A DNA stretch of 64,000 bases from an uncultured Methanosarcinales archaeon. GTDB taxonomy: Archaea > Nanobdellota > Nanobdellia > Woesearchaeales > CALCXY01. Numbering within the stretch: the first letter of the stretch is position 1; the number at the start of each line of letters is the position of its first letter. The stretch covers positions 1-64,000 of the forward strand of contig CAYLOA010000003.1 in NCBI GenBank assembly GCA_964385185.1. Direction: 5' to 3'. The notes below the pieces were generated by a model, which saw nothing but the letters and a program-made list of their open reading frames with translations, ran no database searches and was not told the DNA's origin. Position numbers and translations under genes: made by a program. Positions 1 to 10,264 of the stretch are shown here, in pieces.

Positions 1-1
1 T

Positions 2-100
2 CCTGTAGATTTTGCCGATCCTGCTCAAACTGATACTTATGGACGAAATCTTAGTAGGTATCTTGCTAGAGAGTTCTTATCATCTGAACATGAAGATTAA
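2..100 (+). CDS. 3' end of a hypothetical protein (truncated by window edge)
   Basis: Open frame PVDFADPAQTDTYGRNLSRYLAREFLSSEHED ending in TAA at 98-100. Confidence 0.5.
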   Translation, partial: PVDFADPAQTDTYGRNLSRYLAREFLSSEHED

Positions 101-164
101 ATCTTTTTTATAATATTCTTTGAAGTGCGAAACATTTATTACTGAAGAACCATTGCTATCTTGT

Positions 165-887
165 ATGGAAAAGCAAGAATATCAGCGGATGTTTGATCTT
201 GAAGAGAGGTATTGGTGGTTTAGGGGTAAACGTTTTCTTATAGGTGAGTGGTTTTCTAAGTATTATACCGGTAAGAAACCTAAAGTGTTAGATGTCGGTT
301 GTGGAAGTGGGATGACCATGAAGTCATTTGGTTTTGTTGCAGATATGCATGGAGTTGATGTGAGTAGTGAAGCTGTTGGTTTCTGTAAAAAGAGAGGGTT
401 AGATCATGTAAAGAAAGGGAGTGCCATGAAATTACCCTATAAAAATGGAGAGTTTGATGCTGTTTTTGTTCTTGATGTGTTATATCATAAAATGGTTGAT
501 GAAGATAAAGCTTTATCAGAGATCTTTCGTGTTTTGAAGAAAGGGGGGAGAGTGTTTGTAACCGATTCAGCAATGATGTTGTTGTGGAGCAAACATGATG
601 TTGCAGCTCATGCTGGGAAACGGTTTGATAAAGTAACGTTATGGGGGCCGATGGAAGATGCAGGGTTTAAGATCGAGAAAATGTCGTATTTTAATACATT
701 ATTGTTTATTCCTGTCTTTTTAGCTCGTAAATTAGGTAATCAACCCGGAGAGGTGAGTACTGATATTACTGAATTGCCTACTATTCTTAATGAGTTTTTG
801 TATTATCTGTATATTACTGAATTATGGTTTTTGAAATGGATTAGCTATCCTTTTGGTGTGAGTATTTTTGCTGTGGGGAGAAAATGA
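165..887 (+). CDS. Class I SAM-dependent methyltransferase (Methyltransf_11-like)
   Basis: VLDVGCGSG motif I, LPYKNGEFDAV, WWFRG N-terminus; ATG165 lies about 25 nt after TATA-like TTTATTA. Confidence 0.9.
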   Translation: MEKQEYQRMFDLEERYWWFRGKRFLIGEWFSKYYTGKKPKVLDVGCGSGMTMKSFGFVADMHGVDVSSEAVGFCKKRGLDHVKKGSAMKLPYKNGEFDAVFVLDVLYHKMVDEDKALSEIFRVLKKGGRVFVTDSAMMLLWSKHDVAAHAGKRFDKVTLWGPMEDAGFKIEKMSYFNTLLFIPVFLARKLGNQPGEVSTDITELPTILNEFLYYLYITELWFLKWISYPFGVSIFAVGRK

Positions 888-1966
888 AGTGGAAGAATGT
901 TTTGTTGTTAGTAGTTTCTCTTCTAGTTTGTTTGTTGTTATTAGAAGTTATAGTTAGAGTTGCTTTACCTACACGTTTGCTTGATTATAGACACGATACT
1001 GAGATTGGATTACGTTATCATTCTGATACTTCTTATCAATTTATTTCTTCATTTGGTGAGTTTGACGTGCTTAATAGGTATAATAGTCATGGAATTCGTG
1101 GTGGAGATGTTGATTATGATAAAGATGATGATGTCTTTCGTATTTTAGGGATGGGAGATAGTTTTACGTTTGGTTATGGAGTTGAGGAGGATGAGACTTT
1201 TATTTCGTTGCTTGAGGGGTTGGAAGTTGATGGTAGGAATGTTGAGGTGGTAAATGCTGGGCTGAGTGGATACGGTCCACAACATATATTACGATTTTTA
1301 CAAACAGAGACTATTCAATATAATCCTGATTTGGTTGTGGTGAGTTTATTTATTGGTAATGATATTGTAAGTGAAGGGAGTTTGTATACTTTGGAAGAGG
1401 GTGAGTTGGTTAGTCATCAATTAGATGAGGCATCCTTTACTATTAAATTAAGACAATGGCTGGCTCATAGAAGTGTGTTGTATAATTATTTGTATTTGAT
1501 TAAATTTAGGTTAGATGTGAACAGTGGAAAGGTTAATCCCTATGCTCCTGAAGTGTATCCGTTTTTGAAGAAGGGAGCAGAGTTAGAAGAAGGTTTTGAA
1601 TTAACTCAGCAGATTCTTTTGGAGATTCAAATGTATTTGGATAGTAAGGGTGTCGATGTTGTCTTTATGGTTATTCCACTTAAGGAACAAGTTGATAGTG
1701 ATGAAATGGAAGAGTTTAGGTTGGTGCTTGAAGAATATTATGAAGGTGAAGTTGATCTTGATAATGTTGATAGATTACATCAACAATTGATTGCATTCTT
1801 TGAATCTGAAGAGATTGAGTATGTTGATTTACTTCCTGTGTTTAAAGAGTTAGATGAAGAGCTTTACTTTCCTATAGATGCTCATTTGAATGCAAATGGG
1901 CATAAAGCGGCTGGAATTGTTGTTGCGCAACATTTAAAAGGCATCCCTGGTTCTGTTTTTATATGA
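884..1966 (+). CDS. Membrane-anchored SGNH/GDSL hydrolase (AlgX/AlgJ-like)
   Basis: N-terminal TM, GDSFTFG, NAGLSGYG, GND and DAHLNANGH blocks; ATGA overlap with upstream gene. Confidence 0.85.
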   Translation: MKWKNVLLLVVSLLVCLLLLEVIVRVALPTRLLDYRHDTEIGLRYHSDTSYQFISSFGEFDVLNRYNSHGIRGGDVDYDKDDDVFRILGMGDSFTFGYGVEEDETFISLLEGLEVDGRNVEVVNAGLSGYGPQHILRFLQTETIQYNPDLVVVSLFIGNDIVSEGSLYTLEEGELVSHQLDEASFTIKLRQWLAHRSVLYNYLYLIKFRLDVNSGKVNPYAPEVYPFLKKGAELEEGFELTQQILLEIQMYLDSKGVDVVFMVIPLKEQVDSDEMEEFRLVLEEYYEGEVDLDNVDRLHQQLIAFFESEEIEYVDLLPVFKELDEELYFPIDAHLNANGHKAAGIVVAQHLKGIPGSVFI

Positions 1967-3213
1967 AATTGACCCATTGCAGAATGTGCAAATCTACCGA
2001 GTTAGAGCTCTTTTTAGATTTAGGTTTTACACCGTTAGCTGATAATTTCTTATCACCAGAAAAGTTAGATGATCCTGAAGAATATTTTCCCCTTAGAGTT
2101 GTTTTATGTAATGGATGTGGGCTTGCCCAATTAGATTTTGTCGTTCCTCCTCAAAAAATGTATAATATTGATTATCCTTATGAATCTTCGACTACAAAGA
2201 CAGGTAGGGACCACTTTCATGGTATGGCAAAAGATATTATTTCTAAATTTAGTATTCCAAAAGAAAGTTTGGCAGTAGATTTAGGAAGTAATGTTGGTGT
2301 TCTCTTAATGGGATTCAAAGAAGAAGGGATGAACGTAATGGGAATTGAACCTTCTGTTAATATTATGCGTAAAGCTATTGAAAATGGTATTCCTACTATT
2401 CCTGCATTTTTTGGAAAAGAAGCAGTTAGACAGATATTGGATGAAAAAGGAAAGGCCATGGTGTTAACCGCTACTAATGTATTTGCTCACATTCATGATT
2501 TAGATACTTTTATGGAAGCTACTGCTGATTTACTTGAAGAGAAAGGGGTATTTGTTTTTGAAGCTCCGTATTTTAAGAATCTTCTTGATGAGATGGAGTA
2601 TGATACGATTTATCACGAGCATTTATCTTATTTATCTATTAAACCTTTAGTTGAGTTTTTTAAATCTAAAGGATGGGAATTGTTTGATGTACAAGAACAG
2701 AGTATTCATGGCGGAAGTTTACGATGTTTTGTTTCAAGAAAGGGTAATTATCCTGTAAGTCCTAAGATTCAAGATTATGTTGATAATGAAGCAAAGGAGA
2801 ACATTCATGATATTACTCGTTTGAAGGAATTTGCTGTTCAAGTTGAAGATCATCGAAAACAATTAGTGGAGATGCTAGCAGATCTGAAAAAGCAAGGAAA
2901 AAGTATTGTTGCAGTCAGTGCACCTGCTAAAGGTCAAACTTTACTCAATTATTGTAAGATTGGAGATCACATTCTTGATTATGTAACAGAGAAGGCTAAG
3001 ATTAAGATTGGAAAGTTTACTCCAGGAATGCATATTCCTGTTTTTGGAGATGATAAGTTGCTAACAGACAAACCAGACTATGCTTTATTGTTAGCTTGGA
3101 ATTTTTCTAAGGAAATAATTGCTAATAACGAAAATTTTATTAAACAAGGTGGGAAGTTTATAGTTCCTATACCAAAACCAGAGATCAGAGGTGGTTCAGA
3201 TGCCAACAGTTGA
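1963..3213 (+). CDS. NDP-hexose C-methyltransferase (Methyltransf_13/14 architecture)
   Basis: CRMC...CNGC Zn motif, DLGSNVG, YDTIYHEH, IHGGSLR, APAKGQT, LLAWNF. Confidence 0.9.
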   Translation: MKLTHCRMCKSTELELFLDLGFTPLADNFLSPEKLDDPEEYFPLRVVLCNGCGLAQLDFVVPPQKMYNIDYPYESSTTKTGRDHFHGMAKDIISKFSIPKESLAVDLGSNVGVLLMGFKEEGMNVMGIEPSVNIMRKAIENGIPTIPAFFGKEAVRQILDEKGKAMVLTATNVFAHIHDLDTFMEATADLLEEKGVFVFEAPYFKNLLDEMEYDTIYHEHLSYLSIKPLVEFFKSKGWELFDVQEQSIHGGSLRCFVSRKGNYPVSPKIQDYVDNEAKENIHDITRLKEFAVQVEDHRKQLVEMLADLKKQGKSIVAVSAPAKGQTLLNYCKIGDHILDYVTEKAKIKIGKFTPGMHIPVFGDDKLLTDKPDYALLLAWNFSKEIIANNENFIKQGGKFIVPIPKPEIRGGSDANS

Positions 3214-3610
3214 AAAGATAAAACCAGCACATACAGATGACAGGGGAGATATTATAGATGTTGTTGATGGAGAAGAGTTTGTCCATGCAGGCATTTGTAC
3301 TTTTGCTGCTGAAGGTGTTGAGCGTGGTGCTCATTATCATAAAGAGAGTGATCAGATTAATTATATTTTATCAGGTAAGGTTCGGTATCTTTCTAAGGAT
3401 TTATCCGTTGATGGATCTGAGGTTGTAGAAGTTGTTCTTGAAGCTGGAGATAAGGTTGAGAGTAAACCTTTAGAATGGCATTGTATGATTGCTTTAGAGC
3501 CTGCTAAATTATTGTTTTTTACTCGGAAAGCTCGAGAAGAAGGTGGGTATGAAGCAGATGTGTATCGTGTACCACGTGCTGATATTGAAAAGCAAGGGAA
3601 GGTAGAATAA
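3200..3610 (+). CDS. Cupin protein, probable NDP-sugar isomerase/epimerase
   Basis: DDRG, RGAHYHK...E, WH cupin motifs; GAGGTG RBS before ATG3200. Confidence 0.8.
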   Translation: MPTVEKIKPAHTDDRGDIIDVVDGEEFVHAGICTFAAEGVERGAHYHKESDQINYILSGKVRYLSKDLSVDGSEVVEVVLEAGDKVESKPLEWHCMIALEPAKLLFFTRKAREEGGYEADVYRVPRADIEKQGKVE

Positions 3611-4725
3611 TGATTCCTGTATGTAAGCCTTGGTTACCTGGCAATGAGAAGAAATATGTTGATGAAGCTGTAGATACTAATTGGATCTCAAGTTCTGGTA
3701 AGTTTATTGATCAATTTGAAGAGAAGTTTGCTGCTTTTTGTGGTTCTCAGTATGGAGTGAGTTGCAGTTCTGGATTGGGTGCTTTACATTTAGCTTGTGC
3801 TGCAATTGGATTGAAGAAAGGAGATGAAGTAATAGTTCCTACATTTACAATGGCTGCAACTATTAATGCTGTTATCTTTACAGGAGCTACTCCTGTTTTT
3901 GTTGATGCAGATAAAGAAACATGGTGTATGGATGTTACTAAGATTTCAGAAAAGATTACTGATAATACTAAGGCTATCATTCCTGTGCATGTCTATGGAC
4001 ATGCTTGTGATATGGATATCATTATGGATTTAGCTTCAAAGCATAATTTGAAAGTTATTGAAGATGCAGCTGAAGCTCATGGTGGAGAGTATAAAGGAAA
4101 GAAATGTGGTTCTATTGGAGATATTGGATGTTTTTCTTTTTATGCGAATAAGATTTTAACAACTGGTGAAGGTGGGATGTGTGTTACCAATGATGAAATG
4201 TTAAGTGAAGAGATGAAGAAGTTACGAAATCACGCTTTTGAACATCCACGATTTATCCATAAGCAAGTTGGGTTTAATTATAGGTTGACTAATATTCAAG
4301 CAGGAATTGGTGTAGCTCAAACAGAGAATGCTGATAAGTTGGTAGAGGCTAGACGGAGTTTGGGTAAAAGGTATGGCGATGCTTTGAAGGGTTTGCCATT
4401 AGTATTACCTGTTGAGAAAGAAGGAGTTAAAAGTGTCTATTGGATGTATGGAGTTGTTTTAGATGATTCTGTGAGTAAGAGTAAAGATGATGTTATGGCA
4501 GAGTTGAAGGAAAAAGGAGTTGATACAAGAAGTTTCTTTATTCCTATGCATACACAGCCTGTGTATGTTGATAAGACTGTAGAGAATGCTCCTGATTGTT
4601 CAGGAGCGTATCCAGTTGCTGATTGGTTAGGTAGTAATGGTTTTTATTTACCTTCTAGTTCTGATATTACAGATGAAGAGATTGAGACAGTTGTTAAGGT
4701 TTTGAAGGAAGTATTGAATGTCTAG
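3610..4725 (+). CDS. DegT/DnrJ PLP aminotransferase, GDP-perosamine synthase-like
   Basis: WISSSG, IEDAAEAHG, FSFYANKILTTGEGG, GFNYRLTN, YWMY. Confidence 0.92.
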   Translation: MIPVCKPWLPGNEKKYVDEAVDTNWISSSGKFIDQFEEKFAAFCGSQYGVSCSSGLGALHLACAAIGLKKGDEVIVPTFTMAATINAVIFTGATPVFVDADKETWCMDVTKISEKITDNTKAIIPVHVYGHACDMDIIMDLASKHNLKVIEDAAEAHGGEYKGKKCGSIGDIGCFSFYANKILTTGEGGMCVTNDEMLSEEMKKLRNHAFEHPRFIHKQVGFNYRLTNIQAGIGVAQTENADKLVEARRSLGKRYGDALKGLPLVLPVEKEGVKSVYWMYGVVLDDSVSKSKDDVMAELKEKGVDTRSFFIPMHTQPVYVDKTVENAPDCSGAYPVADWLGSNGFYLPSSSDITDEEIETVVKVLKEVLNV

Positions 4726-4772
4726 TTTTAGCTTCCATAAGCCTTAAAAACACACATTTGTTGCCTATTTCT

Positions 4773-5759
4773 ATGGAAACATGTTTAGTTACTGGCGGAG
4801 CTGGTTTTATAGGAAGTCATGTAGTTGATGCTCTGTTAGAAGAAGGGTATAAGGTTATTGTTCTTGATGATTTATCTGGTGGTTTTGAAGATAATGTCAA
4901 TCCTAAGGCTGAATTTGTTAAAGGATCAGTTGTTGATCATGAGTTAGTTGATTCCTTGTTTGTTGATCATAAGATTGATTATGTGTTTCATCTAGCTGCA
5001 TATGCTGCAGAGATCTTAAGTCCACATATTAGACGATTTAATTATGAAGTTAATTTAATCGGAAGTGTTAATTTAATCAATAATGCTGTTAATCATAAGG
5101 TGAAAAACTTTGTATTTACCTCTTCAATTGGAGCTTATGGAAATCAAAAGCCACCTTTTGATGAAGATACTGTTCCTCTCCCTGCAGATCCGTATGGAAC
5201 TTCAAAATATGCTGTTGAGATTGATTTAAAGAATGCTCATGATTTGTTTGGGCTTAATTATATTATTTTTAGGCCTCATAATGTCTATGGTGAGAGACAA
5301 AATTTAGGGGATAAGTATAGAAATGTTTTAGGTATCTTTATGAATCAAATTATGCAAGGTAAGGAACTTACTATTTTTGGAGATGGTGAACAGACCCGAG
5401 CATTTTCTTATATTGGAAATATGGCTCCTATTATTGCTAAGAGTATTAAAACAGAGGGTGCTACAAATCAAATTTTTAATATTGGTGCAGATCAACCGTA
5501 TAGTATTAATCAATTATCCGATGAGATTATGAAAGCTATGGGGAAGACTGTTGAAAAGAACTATCTTAAAGGAAGACATGAAGTAAAACATGCTTATTGT
5601 TCTCATGATAAGATTAAGAAAGTATTTGGTGATGTTAAGACAACAAGTTTACAAGACGGAATTAAAAAGATGGCAGAATGGGCTAAAGAAGCAGGAATAA
5701 GAGAATCGAAGCCATTTGATAATATTGAAGTTAAGGAAGGATTGCCTGAAGGTTGGTAA
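4773..5759 (+). CDS. NAD-dependent sugar epimerase/dehydratase (extended SDR)
   Basis: VTGGAGFIGSH, YGTSK (YxxxK), RPHNVYG. Confidence 0.92.
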   Translation: METCLVTGGAGFIGSHVVDALLEEGYKVIVLDDLSGGFEDNVNPKAEFVKGSVVDHELVDSLFVDHKIDYVFHLAAYAAEILSPHIRRFNYEVNLIGSVNLINNAVNHKVKNFVFTSSIGAYGNQKPPFDEDTVPLPADPYGTSKYAVEIDLKNAHDLFGLNYIIFRPHNVYGERQNLGDKYRNVLGIFMNQIMQGKELTIFGDGEQTRAFSYIGNMAPIIAKSIKTEGATNQIFNIGADQPYSINQLSDEIMKAMGKTVEKNYLKGRHEVKHAYCSHDKIKKVFGDVKTTSLQDGIKKMAEWAKEAGIRESKPFDNIEVKEGLPEGW

Positions 5760-5760
5760 A

Positions 5761-6009
5761 ATGGGATTTTTAGATGGATTATTATCTATAGAGTTGGCTG
5801 TAACATCGAGTATACAATATGCTGAAGGACAACCTTATATGGCAGCAGGTTTTGGTATTGCTTATATCGGAATGAGTGTATTTAATATGCATTCTATTTA
5901 CAGGGAACAAGAACGTCTTTCTAAGGAAGTCAAAAGCCGTGTTCGGAATCAGGATCCATTGTCAGAATTAGGTCTATTGACCATTGAACGTAAAAATTAT
6001 TCTTCTTGA
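5761..6009 (+). CDS. Small hypothetical membrane protein
   Basis: ATG 2 nt after upstream stop; hydrophobic stretch MAAGFGIAYIGMSVF; fills the gap to the convergent gene. Confidence 0.5.
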   Translation: MGFLDGLLSIELAVTSSIQYAEGQPYMAAGFGIAYIGMSVFNMHSIYREQERLSKEVKSRVRNQDPLSELGLLTIERKNYSS

Positions 6010-6675
6010 TCATTTCTCTGCAAGAATAAACCTTGTTAAGGGTAAGTAAGAAGGGAATGAGAATGCCTTTTGAATTGTGAAGTGTTTTGCAATCTTTTCT
6101 TTGATTTCTTCGAAAGTGTAATCGTATAACGTAACTTCGTCTTCAATTTCTGTATGGATGCCTAATAATCGTGCAACTCCATGTCCTTTTTTTCTTAAAG
6201 GTTCGTTAGGAAAGGTAACGATAACTTTCCCACCTGGTTTTGTGATTCTATGCATTTCAGAAATTACACTGGGTAGGTCTGGCATATGTTCAAATACTTC
6301 TGTTGCTACAACAGCATCTACTGAATTATCTTTCAATGGGATTTTCTGAGCTATTGCTTGAAAGGGATGGATTGAGGAGTTGTTTTCTTTTTCTAATTTA
6401 TGTTTGAATTTCTTTAATGCAGGTAGGCAAAGATCTAATGAAATAACATTACATCCATGTTTGTGCATTTTGAGTGATACATGACCTGCCTCACAACCTA
6501 GATCCAATACTGTTGAATCATGAGGTAGATTTTCAAGTATTTTCTTTACACGTAACCTAGAGAAGTATCCTCCTAGTTTGTTTTGGTAGAGTTGGTCCAT
6601 TGGTTCGACGTCAAACTCAAGATGAGCAGCCTTAACCGATTTCTCAAATTCTTGATCTTTACTTTGATTTTCCAT
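6010..6675 (-). CDS. Class I SAM-dependent methyltransferase
   Basis: VLDLGCEAG, IPLKDNSVD, EVFEH, KPGG; start MENQ follows TTTATAAA. Confidence 0.88.
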   Translation of the reverse strand: MENQSKDQEFEKSVKAAHLEFDVEPMDQLYQNKLGGYFSRLRVKKILENLPHDSTVLDLGCEAGHVSLKMHKHGCNVISLDLCLPALKKFKHKLEKENNSSIHPFQAIAQKIPLKDNSVDAVVATEVFEHMPDLPSVISEMHRITKPGGKVIVTFPNEPLRKKGHGVARLLGIHTEIEDEVTLYDYTFEEIKEKIAKHFTIQKAFSFPSYLPLTRFILAEK

Positions 6676-6757
6676 GAATTTGATGAATATCATAAAGTTT
6701 ATAAATCTACTTAAACCTTGTATATTCATGTATTATGGGCCAAATCATGGAAAGGGT

Positions 6758-8206
6758 ATGAAGGTATTAATTATCAATGCTCCGTTAAGTTTAGCAGAGC
6801 AAGCAGGTAATTCTAGTTTAGCTAAAGTAGGAAATTTACAACAACCTTTAGGAATTTTATATATTGCTGCTGTGTTAGAGAAAGAAGGTTTTGATGTTGT
6901 TGTTTTTGATTGTCCTCAATTGGATATTACTATGCCTGAATTGCGAGATTTGGTAGCTAAGGAAAAACCAGCACTTATTGGATATTCTTGTACTACACTT
7001 TCCTTTAATAATACTGTTAAATCTGCAAAGTTGATTAAAGAAGCTGTTCCCGATACTACTATTATTTTAGGTGGACCTCACGTTGCTGCAGATCCTAAGG
7101 GATGTTTAGATAATGATATTTTTGATGTAGCTATTACTGGGGAAGCTGAGTATGCTTTTTTAGAGATTGCTGAGTTACTTAAAGATGGAAAGTATGATAG
7201 AGAGCATTATACTGATGTTAAAGGATTATTGTACAAAGATAAAGGTCCAAAAGGAGAACATATGGTTAAGTTTACTCCTTCACGAGGTTTTATTAATAAT
7301 TTAGATGAGTTACCTTTTCCTGCAAGACATTTAGTTGCTCCATTGCCAGAGTATAAGGCAACTATTGCTTCGTCTATGCGTCATCCTGTGGGAAGTTTAA
7401 TGAGTTCACGAGGGTGTCCTGCACAATGTAAGTTTTGTGATCGATCAGTATTTGGAAATAGGTTTAGAGCTCATAGTGCTGAACGGTTAGTAGATGAATG
7501 TGAATTGCTTATTAAAAAACATGGAGCTCGAGAGATTAAGTTTTGGGATGATACTTTTACATTAAATCAGGCACGGATTAAGAAAATGTGTGATTTGATT
7601 GCTGAGAGGAAATTAGATTTTGTCTGGACGTGTTTGACAAGAGTAGACGCTTCTACACCTGAGTTGTTTAAGATGATGAAGAAGGCAGGTTGTTGGCAGG
7701 TGTTGTTTGGGATTGAACATGGAAACGATGAGATGCTTAAGAAAATGAAAAAAGGGACAAATAGTGCTATGATCAGAAAGGCTGTAGGTTGGGCTAAAGA
7801 TGCAGGATTAAATGTTCGTGGAAGTTTTGTTGTTGGTTTTCCAGGAGAAACTTCTGAGACTATGGAAGAAAATTTGGTGTTTGCTAAAAGTTTACCACTT
7901 GATGTTGCTTCCTTTTATGTGTTTACTCCTTATCACGGAACAGAGGCTTTTCATGACTTAGTTGTTCAGGGAAAGATCAAACATAATGATTATGACCATT
8001 ATCATGAGATGATTGATCCTGATAGTGCTAAACTTGCTTATGTTCCTGATGGGATGACTGAAAAAGAGATTAAAGTGTTTATGTCTAAGTGTTATAAGGA
8101 GTTTTTTTTACGTCCTTCTTATATTTGGGGACAGATTAAAGGGATTAGACATATGAATCAAGTTCTTGGTTATGTAGAAGGATTACGAGCTGTTGTTGGG
8201 CTTTGA
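6758..8206 (+). CDS. B12-binding radical SAM protein (class B methyltransferase-like)
   Basis: PLGILYIAA, LGGPH, GEAE cobalamin-binding domain; SRGCPAQCKFC; DDTF; GFPGET. Confidence 0.92.
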   Translation: MKVLIINAPLSLAEQAGNSSLAKVGNLQQPLGILYIAAVLEKEGFDVVVFDCPQLDITMPELRDLVAKEKPALIGYSCTTLSFNNTVKSAKLIKEAVPDTTIILGGPHVAADPKGCLDNDIFDVAITGEAEYAFLEIAELLKDGKYDREHYTDVKGLLYKDKGPKGEHMVKFTPSRGFINNLDELPFPARHLVAPLPEYKATIASSMRHPVGSLMSSRGCPAQCKFCDRSVFGNRFRAHSAERLVDECELLIKKHGAREIKFWDDTFTLNQARIKKMCDLIAERKLDFVWTCLTRVDASTPELFKMMKKAGCWQVLFGIEHGNDEMLKKMKKGTNSAMIRKAVGWAKDAGLNVRGSFVVGFPGETSETMEENLVFAKSLPLDVASFYVFTPYHGTEAFHDLVVQGKIKHNDYDHYHEMIDPDSAKLAYVPDGMTEKEIKVFMSKCYKEFFLRPSYIWGQIKGIRHMNQVLGYVEGLRAVVGL

Positions 8207-8211
8207 GGTTT

Positions 8212-9726
8212 TTATTTTTCATGTATTAGGTCCTCATACAGGCTCAAACTTCCTTCAATTACACCCATCACACCAGGCATAGAACTTGTTGCTCCAACAA
8301 AGAAGAGATTTTTAGCCGGCGTGTTTTGATCTATTTTGTTTATACTAACATTAACAGTATCCAGTCTGCTTCCGTAAACATTACCTTCTACAATCCTGAA
8401 ATTCTTAACAATATCAATTGGCGTCCACACTTCCATAACATCAATATGTTTTCTTATATCTGGCAAATAGTTCTTTTCTACTATGTCGATAAACGTTTTA
8501 GTAATATCTTTTTTGATTTTGTTATATTTCTTCCTATCAGTATCAAATATTTTTTTGAAATATTTATAATTTACAAAGGTTAGAATTTCCATGCATGCTC
8601 CATTTTTTGGAGCAATTTTTTCTTTGTCTGTGAAAAGAGAAGGTGTTGTTATGAATAGCCAAGGATGTTTAAAATTGTTATTCTTTATTATGTTCTTATA
8701 TTCTTTACTAAGATCTAGGTATTCATGATGCCAAGTGTTCCATCGTCCAAATCCATACTTTTTTAGGTCAATATTTTTTAGCCCTAAAAATACTTGAAAA
8801 AGTGAATCTGAATATTTGTATCTAAGAGATTTCTCAAAAGCTGGAAATTTTCTGTTTTTTATTAGCTTGATGGTTTCATGAGGATCTATATTGGAGATAA
8901 TTGTTTTCCCAAAAATCTTTTTTCCTTTTGATGTTTTTACAGATGATTGACTCTTATTAAGACAGATTTCCTCTACTCAGTTATTGTATATTATTTTACA
9001 ATTGGATTTTTTTGCTATCACATTTGTTATTTGACTTGTCAAATGTTTTATTCCTCTTTTAGGATGATGTGCGCTTCTTTCGTAGAGCATAATCATGCCA
9101 GCATGAGCTAGTACTGGAGCATCTTCAGGACACATGGCTATATTACCTGCTTGTCCAGCAAGTATTGCCCTTAATTCCATAGGAAATTTGAGTTCTTTAA
9201 ATAGTTCTTGTAATTTCTTTTTTTTATAGAGCCATATATGTCTGTGTTTTATGGGGTGAAGTACAAAATCCATTGTTTCTGGAATGTGGTCAAATATATC
9301 AGCTTCGTTAAAAATGGTTTTCAAAATTTCAAAGTATTCCTCTAGTCCTTCTTTATGAGAAGGAAAATGTTCTATCAAATCTTCTTTGTAGTTATCAGCG
9401 CCAAGGGGCACTTTAATTTTTCCAGTAGGAAGACTAATATGATCAAAACATTTTTTGTCTAATGGATTAAATTTTATTTTTTTATCTAATCCTACTTTTT
9501 TTAGAAATTTTATAACTGGGCCCTTTTGAAAACATCCAAACAGATACTTTGGTCCATGTGTAAAGGAGTATGGTCCTAGTTGTAGGTTTGAAGCATAACC
9601 TCCTGGTCCTTTATAACCCTCTATCAAACAAACAGATTTTCCAGATTTTGCTAAGAGTGCTGCAATTGAAAGGCCACCTAGTCCAGAACCTAAGACTAAA
9701 TAATCGAATATTTTCTTCTTCACCAT
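8212..9726 (-). pseudogene. Phytoene desaturase/COG1233-like FAD oxidoreductase (about 504 aa) interrupted by one in-frame TGA at 8979-8977
   Basis: GSGLGG Rossmann motif; the same frame continues after TGA (CKIIYNN*VEEICL...HPWLFITTPS...APKNGACMEIL) into ORF 8592-8212 with the C-terminal TPAKNLFFVGA..MPG motif. Confidence 0.8.
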
Positions 9727-9771
9727 CAAAGTACTTTTTGAGTTCATCACATATAAATATTTCTAAATAAA

Positions 9772-10179
9772 TTATTTGTTTAGTTTCTGATACAACCAAT
9801 ATACAATTGAGAAGTTTCTGTGGTGCATAAAGTTTTTTGTTATTTGGTGATAAAAGTCCATACTCCAATGAATTATGTATGAGATTGTCATTATTTGGAA
9901 GGCAGTATAGTAGAAACTTAAGATGATGAGTAGTGCTAGGAATTCTACTGTGTGGAATATTTGTAAGATATTGTCAAAGTCGGTTGATTTATACCATTTG
10001 CTTATGTCTTTGTATGTTGAAAAGCTTATTGTGAAGGAATTATGTTTAAAATATTCCCAAAGATGGTCTATATCTACTAAGAATCCTGTTAGGTAGGCAA
10101 GTATTGCCAGAGAACCATAAAAAGGATAGAGAATTGCAATTAAGATTGTGGTTATTGTGAAGTGTCTTAAGGGTGACAT
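9772..10179 (-). CDS. Small membrane protein, YdjM-like metal-dependent hydrolase
   Basis: H near N-terminus, LVDIDH, FHTVE and HWSMD motifs among hydrophobic helices. Confidence 0.65.
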   Translation of the reverse strand: MSPLRHFTITTILIAILYPFYGSLAILAYLTGFLVDIDHLWEYFKHNSFTISFSTYKDISKWYKSTDFDNILQIFHTVEFLALLIILSFYYTAFQIMTISYIIHWSMDFYHQITKNFMHHRNFSIVYWLYQKLNK

Positions 10180-10264
10180 ATAACATTACGCTTTTTCTGT
10201 TTTAAATAGTTTGTGAATACTATAATACACAAAGTTTTAAAAGCCTCATTTATACCCTATATCT

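Noticed and set aside
8977..8979. Selenocysteine at the in-frame TGA
   Set aside because: Not a catalytic Cys position for this family; no SECIS-like hairpin or Sec machinery seen in the window
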